From Oikopleura dioica (taxonomy: Eukaryota > Animalia > Chordata): DNA of 64,000 bases. How positions within the stretch are numbered: the stretch's first letter is position 1; every line of letters starts with the position of its first letter. The notes below the pieces were generated by a model. The model saw only the letters and a program-made list of their open reading frames with translations, was not told the origin of the DNA and made no database searches. Shown here piece by piece: positions 35,663 to 48,115 of this stretch. The translations under genes were made by a program, and so were the position numbers. The stretch covers positions 5,890,001-5,954,000 of the forward strand of contig OU015566.1 of NCBI GenBank assembly GCA_907165135.1, in the 5' to 3' direction.

Positions 35663-37565
35663 AAAATTAAGCCAATCATTTATTTATACTCATCATAAAT
35701 TTAATTTGTTTATTCATCAGCAGAGTCCTTCAGAAGGAAGAGAGAAGCGAGTTTGAATTGAGCGGCTCTTACAGCGAGACTATTGCTCGCGAGCGCTACT
35801 CTGCGAGGGCTGGTAGCGAGGTGCAGTATCTCGGCTGGCGGAGGGTGTCACGGTTTTGTCCCGTTTCCCGAAAATCAGATGAACCCTAAAAAGATTATTT
35901 GAAAGATCAAGAATGCCTCCACTCTATTGTGGTCCTGCTCTACTCTTTAGACTAACTGTTGCCTCTTGATAACACGGAGAAGGGCAGTTTAGGTGTTGTC
36001 TTCCAGTTAGGTTAAAACTGACTTCACACTTGTTTGTGTATGAGTTGCACAGACTGAACGCAGTGGACGATTGAATCGAGAAGGTCCGATTGAAGTCGAC
36101 AAGCGTATTCGAAGTCGGCAGTATCGATAGCTGTGGGAGATCAGCAATTCCAACGGATTTCTTCGCGTTTGAAACCAAGCGGACTTGTGGAAATTACTGG
36201 TCGGGTTCTTGAGCAATCGTGCGCTGGCGAAAATCAGCGGCGGCAGAAGAAGAGGCTTTACTAACAGTGGAGTGCGCTGAAGTTGATTCCAGTAGAATAG
36301 CCTCGAGCGGCGCAACTCCGCGTCTTTTTCAATCTCCAGCTTTTTTGAGCGACGTTGACGCAAGAGTTCAACAACGGCAGTCACGAGTCAAAGTTGACCC
36401 AGCGAGGCGGGCTAGAAGAGGACAAGTCGGGCAGTACGTCTCGGGAAGTTTGAGTCGACGAGTGCGAGGCAGTGGCAGATAGGGCGCTTCCGTTGGCGTC
36501 GTTGTTGAAGTCGAAGGTGTTGCAAACAGCGCGGTCACTATTGGCCTGGTTGTTGGCGTGATGAAAAGAGCGGTCAAGTGTACATGAGACTTGATTTACC
36601 TCAAAGAAGCGCTCAAGTTTTTGACAGTGAACTGTGAGCGGCGCGTTTTACGCGTCTTTGGGTCGTGACTTCACTACCAGAAGTCCATCAACAACAATCG
36701 GGTTGGTCCAAGCAGAAATAGCGGTGTTGGCGGGAGATGTTATGATTGCGCGCGGCTGTTGGCGGAATCAGCAACGGCAACGGTTGTTTTTTGCATTAGC
36801 GCGCGAAAATTGGGCCAAGTTGACTGTGGTGCGGCGGTCGACATGTCAGCAAACAGTCGAAACAAGTTCGTCTAGATCCAGAGTTTAGCGGCAGAATTCC
36901 GGTAGTGCTAAACTTGACGGCAGAATCGATGAAGTCGAAATGAGTACCTGCGTTGACCCCGAGTAATAACTGATCAAGTTTATTTACCCCTTCAGGGGCT
37001 TTGTGACGAGCAAATTCAGGCATATCCGAAGTAAGAATGGCCGGAAAAAATAAAAATTTTCGATTTTGACAGAAATTTCAACTAGGGGGTAAACCACTAT
37101 GTTGACCGTCAAAGTCATTGTCTGAACCCTAAAAATCACCTGAAAAAAAGCATTTTTATGTATTTCCTGCGGACAACCAAAGCTCACGTGAAAATTGACA
37201 AAATCACGTGATTAAAATATCTTTGAAAAGTTTTTTTTTTCTAGATTGGCGCGAGAAGAAAAAAATTGAAAATAATTAATTCTTAATACCGAAGAAAAAT
37301 AGTTCTCTAGTTGACCTTGTCGTTATTTCATTTTATTGGCAGCGACTTGTTTCGGAGTAGAACTCCTTCTTCAGGCTACAAATCAATAAACAGTTAACCC
37401 AGAAAAACGATGTTACCTTGAGAAGCGAAAAAGCGCGTCTGAGTAAAGAGCGAGATTACAATCGAGATAGTAGCGCGTAACAGAAAATGACAGAAGGGGC
37501 GCCAAGATGCACAGGAGGATGATGATGATATACAAACACATTACTTTTAAGCCACTTTTACTGGA

Positions 37566-38099
37566 ATGAGATGCGACTCGATAGGGAAAAAGATCCAGAA
37601 AATCATAAGTAGAGTTACTCCATCTTTTCGTGTCATTATGGCATGGAAAACAGTCAGACAAGAATCTGTTATTTATCCAAAATTGAAAAAAGAAATCCCA
37701 CTTCGAAAGATGTCTTGTTGTATCTATGAATGCAAATGTTTCTGTGGAAAAAGATATCAAGGAGAAACTATGAGACCACTAGAAAAACGATTCCAAGAGC
37801 ATTTCGATAGTCCCTCAGTCAATTTGCCTGGTAGATCGCATGCGATGGGGTGTGAGAAATTTATGACGCAGTTTAACATTTTCAAAAGTGATCCAAGCAC
37901 TTTATCAAAGTTCAAACGTAAAAACACTTCGTTAGCTACTCTACTCTGTGAATTCGCCTTTGAATCTAAACTCATTTCTTTAGTCGAAACTAATTTGGAT
38001 AACTATCACGAACGTAAAACTGGTGAAGCATTCTCAATTCTGCTTACTTATCCAATTCTAAACCGTCAAGTTCAAAGTAAAAGTGTGAACTTTCTGTAA
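37566..38099 (+). CDS. PLE RT C-terminus plus GIY-YIG endonuclease fragment
   Basis: CIYECKCFCGKRYQGETMRPLEKRFQEH ... EAFSILLTYPILNRQ. Confidence 0.8.
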   Translation: MRCDSIGKKIQKIISRVTPSFRVIMAWKTVRQESVIYPKLKKEIPLRKMSCCIYECKCFCGKRYQGETMRPLEKRFQEHFDSPSVNLPGRSHAMGCEKFMTQFNIFKSDPSTLSKFKRKNTSLATLLCEFAFESKLISLVETNLDNYHERKTGEAFSILLTYPILNRQVQSKSVNFL

Positions 38100-38199
38100 A
38101 AAAGCTTTCGATTGTAATCTCGCTCTTTACTCAGACGCGCCCTTTCGCTTCTCAAGGTAACATCGTTTTTCTGGGTTAACTGTTTATTGATCTGTAGCC

Positions 38200-38654
38200 C
38201 AGGGCTGGCAAATTAGGGTCCTAACAGCCGCACTACAGAAAAATTGTTAGGGTTCTAACTCAAAATTTGTGCGAATTAGTGCGGCATCCCCGTCCTACCC
38301 GTCCTATTTTTTTTCCTTGATATTTTTTCGTCTATTAGGACTGAATCGCCGCCCTAACCGTACTAATTTGGAGGCTCTTTTTCATCATCCAATCGGCGCG
38401 CGCTTCCCACCAGGCGCGGAGGACAAATTGGTGGAAGATTGAAAAAAGAATGGAGCTGAATGGATGAGAAAAACGAATGACCCGCCATGATTGGCGGACC
38501 AATAAGCGCGCGCCTCTTTTAGGACGATTTTAGTGCGGCTTTTTCTAACTCGTACTACTCGCACTAAAAAGTTATAAAATGAGAGTTAGGGTCCTAACAA
38601 TAGGGTTCTAACTCCAATTAGTGCGGCTGGCGGGACCCTAATTTACCAGCCCTG
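38200..38654. mobile_element. 455-bp hAT-type MITE with the same TIR as the 88-4074 element
   Basis: TIR cagggctggcaaatt / aatttaccagccctg; TSD ctgtagcc at 38192-38199 and 38655-38662; single ctgtagcc in copies 1 and 3. Confidence 0.93.
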
Positions 38655-38656
38655 CT

Positions 38657-38697
38657 GTAGCCTGAAGAAGGAGTTCTACTCCGAAACTAGTCGCTGC
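38657..38697 (+). ncRNA. Minimal hammerhead motif, PLE copy 2 right pseudo-LTR
   Basis: Identical to 24116-24156; its 5' arm is restored by the MITE TSD. Confidence 0.65.
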
Positions 38698-38884
38698 CAA
38701 TAAAATGAGATACCGAAAAAAAATTTTTCAGGCCAATCAGAAAAGTCGGATTTTCGAAATTTTTTAATTTTGCGCCAATTCTCGTAATCTGAGCTTACGA
38801 TTGATACCTAAATCACTTGGTTTCAGTAAGTATCACGTGAGTAATCACTGTATGAAGACGTAAAATTCATATTTTTTCCGGCCA

Positions 38885-39435
38885 ATCAGCGCGGTGATAC
38901 GGCCTTATTCTTCAGCTTGGAGGCCGAAGGATTGATGCGTGAAAGAACACTGATTCTTCGGCAAAAACCGAAGAATAAGTGATAGAAGATGCACTGATTC
39001 TTCGGCTAAGGTGAATTTATTCACAGATTCCTGTGCCCCTTACCACGGGGCTTCGCCCCTTAGGTCCTAAAATGCCGGGGTCTAGTCTAGGGTTACTTAG
39101 GGTTATCTTCAGTAACCCTTACTACCCCTAGCCTATTCCCCTCGGGTGAGTTTGTTCTGTCACTTTGCTCAGTGCCCCCTAACACTAGCCTCAAATTTTA
39201 GAAAATACTTTTTGTTTATCTAGAAAATGTTCTTTTTCTTAAGTTATGACTCATGCTTTATAATCAAAGATCTATCAAAAGAATTTCGATAATAGATTCT
39301 AGAAAATTTGCCGAAGAATCACTGTCAATTTTATCATTAATCCTTCGGTTCAAGCCAATTCTCAATTAGCCGAAGAATCAGTGTTATTGAAAGCATCAAT
39401 TCTTCGGTCTTGCCGAAGAATCACCCCATACCACG
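38885..39435. mobile_element. Copy-2-specific insertion with gccgaagaatca subrepeats (carries the 160-bp hairpin element)
   Basis: Absent at the equivalent site of copies 1 and 3 (~24345, ~48290); inverted ttcttcggc/gccgaagaa subrepeats; ends poorly defined. Confidence 0.6.
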
Positions 39436-40227
39436 ATCACCGCTCGTTGCGGAGCAAGTATCAGCAAAAATCAAGAAGTTCAAGGGTCTCCAGAAGTCTC
39501 CCAGCTCGCTTTGAGACCAAGTGAAACCAGGCGATCGAAAGCGTGTTACTTATCGTAAATTAGGTCCAGTGTCTGGCGAAAGCGATGAGCACATCTGTTG
39601 TCACCAGTTGATATGTCCGAAGTGCCTTCTTAGTTCACGAGGTCTTGCTCTACTCTCTAGTCTAACTGCAGCCTCTAGATAACACGGAAAAGGGAGTTTA
39701 GGTCTTGAATTTCAGTTAGGTGAACACTGACTATACACTTGATTGTGTATGAGTTGCACAGACTGAACGCAGTGGAAAAGCGGCGGGCGCCTCCAGATCT
39801 CTTTCAGATCTAACGGCTTCTTGCTGACCTAACATTAGTATAAACTTTTGACCAATAAAAGTTCCCCGAACGACCGTCCAGACAAATGTTACTACTACGC
39901 GCCGGACTATAACCTTAACAGATTCGAGGAAGCCCAAGGTGAGAATCAGCCCACGAATTTTCCTTGTTTCTTGAAATTTTAGGCTACATCGCGAGCAACC
40001 ACGTCAACTCTCGAACATCTTCAATCAGCTTCGGCGGCACATTTATTTTGATGAGCTTGAGACTCGGCACAAACTGGATCACCATTTCGAAAACAGTCAC
40101 CCTGAATTCAATCCGAGCAACAGAGGAGTTGGAAAAGGGCTGGAGAAAAGACGAGATCACGGTTCCAGCTATGTTTCGCGACTTTGATCCAGTGCACGTG
40201 ATTCCTCTGGAACGGATTCAAAAGATA

Positions 40228-40582
40228 AAAGGGGGGGTCACAATTATAACGGGCAAATTGTTCCCGAAGCACACAATTATAACGGTTCAATATTCTTCCC
40301 TGGGCTCACTAAGTTAACGGGTTTCAGATTCTCGAAATGAGTCGAGCGCCCGTGGCAAACTTGCTCTTCGTTTTTTTCTAGAAGTGTTATTTGTATTTTC
40401 TAGAAATGCCAAAAGCGAAATTCAATTGGTTCGCCGATTTCAAGTTCAAATAAGTTCGCTCAATTCATTTTGAGAATCTGAAACCCGTTAATTTAGTGAG
40501 CCCAGGGAAGAATATTGAACCCGTTATAATTTTGTGCTTCGGGAAAAATTTGCCCGTTATAATTGCGACCCCCCTCCCCTTT
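40228..40582. mobile_element. MITE with ~100-bp TIRs and TA TSD
   Basis: aaagggggggtcacaattataacggg / cccgttataattgcgacccccctcccct; empty site aagaTAttttg in copies 1 and 3. Confidence 0.85.
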
Positions 40583-40640
40583 TATTTTCTACTTGCCCTT
40601 TCTGCTTTTTCTGTGAATCCTCAAAGATCGACCTCGGTCA

Positions 40641-43290
40641 GTTGATGCTCATTCTCGTCACTCGAAGCATTGCTCTCTCCAACACGCAATACTCACTTTT
40701 ACTCGAAAAAGAGGGGAAATTCCTGACGCTCGGCAATGAATGGATCGGCTCCTTGGTCAAGTACGAGCGAGAATCGCGGTGTTTCTCTGGTTTGTACGCT
40801 CCGAAAGATTACGCTTATTCAAATGCTTTCTGAACCAACAACGACGAGTGTGAGTATTTCATCAATGGCTTCATAAACAACGATCGTATTTATCTCCAGA
40901 ATATTGTTTTTGACACAACTTTTGAAATCTATTTCGACTTCGGAGAGGATCTTCACTATTGTTTTACTTGACAAGATATACCTAATCGTAAGTTGATTCT
41001 CTAAAAAGATCGCATCGAGCTCGATTTCCGACAGCAAAGTGCTGGAAACAAAATGCTAGTAACCAGCAACCCGTATTTCGAATTCCACAAAGATGTCTTT
41101 CCGTACTTTGCGAAAAACGCTGTCAAAAATCAAACCGCTTTTCCGCAATCAGGCGAGGCTTTTGAGCAAACGAGCAAGTCGTTACTTACAGCGCTAAACG
41201 GAGCCCAAAAAGCAAGCAGTTTGTCTCCACCCTATCCACTGACGATTCTGCCCGATTTCCCTTTTTCGTCTTTCGATGAGTCACTATTCCATATTTCTTC
41301 TTTCGAGCTGGAATTTACCGAAACGCGTAAACTCACTTTTGATATAAAGGAAAGAGTCTCAATTTTAACGCTTATACAGTGAAAACTCAAAAATTGGCCG
41401 GTTTTCAGATCCGAATTCGCATAAAAACCGGCCAAATTTTGAGTTTTCTGCCGAGTTGCCAAGTTTCCCCTTCAAAAGAAAATTTTCGAATGATTCGATC
41501 GGCATGATTTTCACATTTTTGATGAATTTTATTCAAACTTAGCTTGTTTGAAGTCGATACACTTTTAAGGATTTATACACTTTAAAAATGCTAAAAATGA
41601 TCAAAAATAGCATAATTTGGGCTCATTGTTGATACAAAATCTTGCGTTTTGAAAAAGCGGCCAATTTTTGAGTCTTTTTCAGATTCAAAAATCAGTCAAT
41701 TTCGACCAAAACCGGCCAAATTTTGAGTAGGCGAATTTTGAGTTTTCACTGTATTAGAATTTCTAATCGAAAAATATTCTGGACTCTCAGAAGACCAAAT
41801 CGTTTCTCACAAAAGCTGCAAAAATTCTGGAATTTCGATCTTATAATGAAAAATCTATCTTCGCAATTAAAACTTTCGAAACAGCTCGATTGCGATTTCT
41901 TCCGACTTTTTCGGGAAATCGATCGCTTTGAACGATCTTTTAAGCACGAATTGGACATCTCTTGAATTCGTTTTCAAAGTCGAAGACGACTCACTATTTT
42001 CTTTTGTTGTAAGGAAAAGGGGCGAGGAAATAGCAACAAGGCAAATAAACGAGCTTCAAACTTTGGGAGAAAAAAGAATCAGAGTTCTCAAATTCGACGA
42101 CGAAACCAAAATCAAAAATGTTTTTTCTACCAAAATCGACCGAGTCAGATTCTTGTTATCTTATCTAAAGCAGAATTACCACACCATTATGCACTGTTTG
42201 GAGACGGCATTCAAAACGAAAATACAAACATAATTTTTCCAAAGATTCTTCAGAACAAAATCTATCGCTCTAAAGCTGCTCTTGTGAACGGGCAGTTGCA
42301 TCTTTTCGGCGGCTTACAAAGATCAAAACTAGTAGACTGCTCTTTGAAACTCCTTATTGACTATTTTTTAGATAATTATTCTTGTCGAATGCGAATTGAG
42401 GCTTCTCCCGATTCGGCTTCAGAATAAATATTATGGTGGAAGCAGGACGCTCACAATTTCAAACGGAACTGAAGGTTCGTCGCAAGAATACATTATTATT
42501 TTTTACACTTTTCAGCTCTTGTTTGTTTTGATGATCCAAACGACAAAAGGTGCGAGATTTTTAACGGCACTGCTGTTGAAAAACTCGCATTCGAACCAAG
42601 AGAAGGGCACTGGGAAGGTGGACTTGCTCATTTTAAAGGACGGCCAACAGCAATCGGCGGTGAAAATTATCCTTATTCGAACGGAGGATATACGGAAACC
42701 CTGACTGAAAATGGCTGGGAAAAGCTGCGTCGTCATCCAAGGTTATTTCTATTTTGCGGATTTTTATTCAGCATCATTTAAGAGATATACGGAGTTTTTC
42801 TGTTGCTGGATTGCCGTCGGGATCAATTGCTACATTGGGAGGTTGGGATGAGGATGCAGTAGTTCTCAAGGAGATTTTCATTTTGAATAAATTTGAATGG
42901 ACAATAATGGGAAATTTGCTTCAAGTAAGTTCATTTCGGGGTATTTTGAAAATTTGAAAATATTAATTATTTTAAAAAATCTATATTATTCAGCCTAATC
43001 GCTATGGATCAGCAATTCAAGTCGGCACCACTCTATATTTATTCCCTGGAGAGAGCGGAGAATCAACTCGAATGATACAACGCGTAAATCTAGGAAAGGT
43101 TGACCAGTTTTTCAAGAAACTTCTTTCGGAAAGCTTTCGATAATTTGAAGGAAAAACTGATCAACTGATCTTAAAGACGGAGACAATATTGTTGCAGTCG
43201 AGGTTGTTGGAGAACATGAGAAATATTATTTAAACCCGATTATGTTCATATCGCCGTCGAATGTCTGTATCGCCAAAGATGATCAACGTC
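40641..43290 (+). pseudogene. Kelch-like propeller gene, copy 2 (stop and frameshift)
   Basis: TGA at 40831 where copies 1 and 3 have GGA; 1-nt deletion near 42125; MITE at 41377. Confidence 0.65.
41377..41751. mobile_element. Tc1-type MITE
   Basis: TA|cagtgaaaactcaaaa ... ttttgagttttcactg|TA. Confidence 0.87.
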
Positions 43291-44061
43291 CTTATCAATA
43301 ATTTTTTTTTGTACAAAATTTTTCCTTAAAAAATCAATGAGTCAAATTTAATTTGTTAATAAAATCAACAAATCACTTGGTCAAAACTCAAAAACTACAA
43401 ATTCTTTTAATTGCTATTAATTAAAGAGTGTGAAAGATCTTTTACTTTACAGTTTTCCGCAGCTGAGCAAATAATCGACGACTCTGGCTCTGAACCGACT
43501 CAGAAAAGACGAAGAACTAGAAAACCGTGATTTTAGCTAACTCAAGTTGCAGCGTGTCGGCCCGCAAAGAAATTAAATTAAATATAAAAGTGTCGTCTCT
43601 CCACTTGATACAGTGGCTTTGTGGATCCGGCCGATTTCTCGAGCGCAATGGATGATTCAATTTCTGGCGAAATTCTGCCCAAAGCAGGTTTTAGCTCTTG
43701 GTGAAATCAACAAAGAGAAAAATCATTTTATCAGATGAAGGAGAGCCGGAGTTAATTTTGAGCAGAAGAAACTCGAAAAACTTGCAAACGAATAAATTGT
43801 ACAGTCAACTTCTGGTAGCCAGCCGCTTACAAAAAGAATCAGCATATGAACCTTAACAACTGTACATTTTGAAAATAGAAATTGTGAAAATAAAAACTCA
43901 ACTACACCAAGGCAAAGAAAAAGCTCTGACATTAAAAAAAAGAGCACGAACGAAGATTAAACTGTCCAGCTGTCAGACAAGCAATGTCCGAAGTCCTCAT
44001 AAAAGAGCTTGTTTTCATTTTTTTCGCATAAAAGGTTTTTCTATTTCAGAGATCACTCGTT

Positions 44062-45577
44062 ATGGTTATTGAAAAAGAAAATGATGGAATTGAAAATGCG
44101 ATTTTCAAAACTAAAATCAGGGTAATTTTTATCTTTATTTGTAATGATCTGACAGAGATGATACAGTATCATTGATACTGTTTAGTTACAAAGTTAAATG
44201 GGCATTACAGTCAGCTCAATCATCTTACTTAAAATAAATTCTGAAAAAAGTGCCTCGACTGTGACTGCATCGGGACCCTGAGGAAAAAAGGCAAGACGGT
44301 TTACCTTTTTCCGGAAGAAATTCTGACAACCCGAAGCATTCGCACTCAAGAATACGATATCAAGAAGAAGAAGAAAACATGGAAAACAAAGGTCACTGCG
44401 AAAATGAGCTTGGCGAAACACGGGAACGCCACCGATCCACAGCAGTACAGCTATTTGTCTCTTGGCACCATTTTCTGGGTCACTGTTATGCTCATAGGTA
44501 ACCTCTCGAGTAATTTAAATATCTAATTTTGAAAGCAAACTTCGCGTCCTTGGAAAAATCCCGCGGCGTAACGACTTTTCTGACGTCGAGCTGTCACCGA
44601 AACTACAAGAAATGCGTTAAAATTTCGACAATGGACTTTTGCGGCCATCTAATGAAACAATGCCGTGACACCAAGGAGTTTATCCTTCCTGAGCCGGTTT
44701 CGAAGGTCGAGCCCGTCAAAGCGGCGCCGCTAGTTTTTTCGCAGGAAGAAAACGAAGTGAATCTCCGCCGCTGTCAGAAGAAACGCTTTTACGACCAGAA
44801 AGTCTGCCGCCATCTCTGCTCGAACACGCTCGTTTTGAAATCAACAAGGACCAACCCAATCACGCCCTGCGAGTCAATCTGTTTTGGGCTGACTAGAAGT
44901 TTCGATTCCGCCGGAGAAGTTTGCCCATTTCAGAAGTACTGTTCCAATGGTTGCCCGTGTCCTCATTACGAATGCGAGAAGTTGGAGTCGCCTCAAAAAT
45001 TTGTTCCAGTTTTTGATCTCCGAAAATCTGAAAATAGTTTAAACTTGTCAGTGCCTATCTTTAACATATCATCTACAACCCAGTTTACATCAACTGACTC
45101 AACTTCGACGACTTGGTCAACAATGTCGTCTTCACCGCAGTCATTATCAACTTGGTCGACTCCAACAACAACAATCATAACAACTCCTATAACAACTTCA
45201 ACTCCGTCAACGGTGTCTTGGATCAACTCAACTACCCAATCAAATGGTAGCGCAGAGCTGACAGAAAGTGAACATGAAGAACCAAAATTTGCGATTTTAT
45301 TGGCCGATTTCTTTGAAAGAAATCAATCAAAAACGACAAATGCCTCAGATTTTTTGTATTCTTATGAACGGTTTTGATCAATCTAAAAGAATGTCATCAA
45401 AGCTAAATTGTGTTAACATTCGAAAGTTTCCCGGTAAAAATCCTTCAAACCAAAAAAGTCGACCGGTACTACTTTTCTCAACGGTGAGCATTACTTGGTC
45501 GATGCCTTTGGAAACTTGATGAAAATGAAAGAAAATGGCGATGCTCCGATTTTAGTTCCGAATCGACGCAAAGACTT
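44062..45577 (+). CDS. Type-II membrane Cys-rich / Thr-rich protein, copy 3 (apparently intact over these exons)
   Basis: Open 282-codon frame 44529-45377 covering the Cys-rich domain and Thr-rich linker; upstream TM exon conserved. Confidence 0.7.
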
Positions 45578-47224
45578 GTAAGTCTATCATTTACATATTC
45601 TTTAAAGATCAAAGTTTGGTTCGCAACAAGAGCCAAGGCTTTTGTTTGGTATAAAATTGTGTCGCCAAGGCGCGTATAATTTCTCGTTTTAAAGAGGCCG
45701 CTTCGTTTTCCACTTTGGATCGTCGATTGGAACTCACCACATTGAGATTGGCCTTAAAGACAGAGATCGAAAGATCTTCCCCGTCGTTGTTATCTGAAAA
45801 CGGTCGAAAATCAGATGAACCCTAAAAGATTATTTAAAGGTCAAGAATGCTTCCACTCTCTTGTTGTCCTGCTTTACTCTTTAGACTGATTGTTGCCTCT
45901 TGATAACACGGAAAAGGGCAGTTTAGGTGTTGTGTTCCAGTTAGGTGAACACTGACTTCACACTTGATTGTGCATGAGTTGCACAGACTGAACGCAGTGG
46001 ACGATCGAATCCAGAAGGTCCGATTGAAGTCGACAAGCGTATTCGAAGTCGGCACTATCGATGACTGGGGGCGATCAGCAATTCCAACGGATTTCTTCGA
46101 GTTTGAAACCCAGCGGACCTGTGGAAATTACTGGTCGGGTTCTTGAGCAATCGTGCGCTGGCGAAAATCAGCGGCGGCAAAAGAAGAGGCTTTTCTACCT
46201 GTTTAATGCACTGAAGTTGATTCCAAGTCTTTTTCAAGCTGTTTTCCAGCTGTTTTGGGCGACGTTGACGCATGTGAAGAGGAGTTCAACAACGGCCGTG
46301 ACGAGTTAAAGTTGACCCAGCGAGGCGGGCTAGAAGATGACAAGTCGGGCAGTACGTCTCGAGAAGTTTGTGTCGACCAGTGCGAGGCAGTGGCAGATAG
46401 GGCGCTTCCGTTGGCGTCGTTGTTGAAGTCGAAGGTGTTGCAAAAAGCGCTGTCACTGGACAAAGTGTACACGAGACTTGATTTACCTCAAAGAAGCGCT
46501 CAAGTTTTTGAAAAACTGTGAGCAGCGCGTTTTACGCGTCTTTGGGTCGAGACTTTACCAGCTGAAGTCCATCAGCATAAATTCGGTTGGTTCAGGCAGA
46601 AGAAGTGTTGGCGGGATATGTTGTGATTGCGCGCGGCAGTTGGCGGAATCAGCAACGGCAACAGTTGTTTTTTGCCTTGGCGCCAGGAAATTGGGCCAAG
46701 TTGACTGTGGTGCGGCGGTCGACGTCAGCAAACAGTCGAAACAAGTTCGTCTAGGTCCAGAGTTGAGCGGCAGAATTCCGGTAGTGCTAAACTTGGCGGC
46801 AGAATCGATGAAGTCGAAACGAGTGCCTGCGTTGACTCCGAGTAATAAACCGATCAAGTTTATTTTCTCCTTCAGGGGCTTTGTGAGGAGCAAATTCAGG
46901 CATTTCCGAAGTAAGAATTGCCGGAAAAAATATAAATTTTCGATTTGACAGGAATTTCAACTAGGGGGTAAACCACTATGTTGACCGTCTTAGTCATTGT
47001 CTGAACCCTGAAAATCACCTGAAAAAAACCGGGGCGATTTTTAGACCATTTTTATGAATTTCTTGCGGACAACCAAAGCTCACGTGATAATTGACAAAAT
47101 CACGTGATTTAAAGAAAATTTTGAAAAGCTTATTTTCTGTAGATTGGCGCAAGAAGAAAAAAAAAGAAAATAATTAATTCTTAATACCGAAAAAAATAGT
47201 TCTTTAGTTGACCTTGTCGTTATT

Positions 47225-48115
47225 TCATTTTATTGGCAGCGACTAGTTTCGGAGAAGAACTCCTTCTTCAGGCTACAGATCAATAAACAGTTAACCCAGA
47301 AAAACGAGGGCGCCAAGATGCACAGGAGGATGATGATGATATACAAACACATTACTTTTAAGCCACTTTTACTGGAATGAGATGCGACTCGATAGGGAAA
47401 AAGATCCAGAAAATCATAAGTAGAGTTACTCCATCTTTTCGTGTCATTATGGCATGGAAAACAGTCAGACTAGAATCTGTAATTTATCCAAAATTGAAAA
47501 AAGAAATCCCACTTCGAAAGATGTCTTGTTGTATCTATGAATACAAATGTTTCTGTAGAATAAGATATCAAGGAGAAACTATAAGACCACTAGAAAAACG
47601 ATTCCACGAGCATTTCGATAGTCCCTCAGTCAATTTGCCTGTTAGATCGCATGCGATGGGGTGTGAGAAATTTATGACGTAGTTTAACATTTTCAAAAGT
47701 GATCCAAGCACTTTATCAAAGTTCAAACGTAAAAACACTTCGTTAGCTACTCTACTCTGTGAATTCGCCTTTGAATCTAAACTCATTTCTTTAGTCGAAA
47801 CTAATTTGGAGAACTATCACGAACGTAAAACTGGTGAAGCATTCTCAATTCTGCTTACCGATCCAATTCTAAACTGTCAAGTTCAAAGTAAAAGTGTGAA
47901 CTTTTTGTAAAAAAAGGGCATTGAACTGTGCATCTTGGCGCCCTTTTTGTCATTTTCTGTTACGCGCTTATATCTCGATTGTAATCTCGCTCTTTACTCA
48001 GACGCGCTTTTTCGCTTCTCAAGGTAACATCGTTTTTCTGGGTTAACTGTTTATTGATCTGTAGCCTGAAGAAGGAGTTCTACTCCGAAACTAGTCGCTG
48101 CCAATAAAATGAGAT
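47225..48115 (+). mobile_element. Penelope-like element fragment, copy 3
   Basis: GIY-YIG ORF from 47377 with premature TAG at 47680; inverted pseudo-LTRs with hammerhead motifs at 47236-47276 (-) and 48061-48101 (+). Confidence 0.85.

Larger units (their letters stand above)
33262..35868 (-). mobile_element. Mutator-like (MULE) transposon with decayed transposase
   Basis: 9-bp TSD cgaaaatca (33253-33261 / 35869-35877); TIR core gggacaaaaccctgacaccc / gggtgtcacggttttgtccc; empty site in copies 1 and 3 (~21841, ~45806). Confidence 0.88.
37328..38710 (+). mobile_element. Penelope-like element fragment, copy 2 (longest left pseudo-LTR, open GIY-YIG ORF)
   Basis: Left repeat 37328-37515 is the reverse complement of the right repeat of copy 1 (23985-24165); ORF 37566-38099 is uninterrupted. 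Confidence 0.87.
29320..43525 (+). repeat. Cassette copy 2, expanded by at least 8 insertions
   Basis: Colinear with copy 1 after removing the insertions listed separately. Confidence 0.93.
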
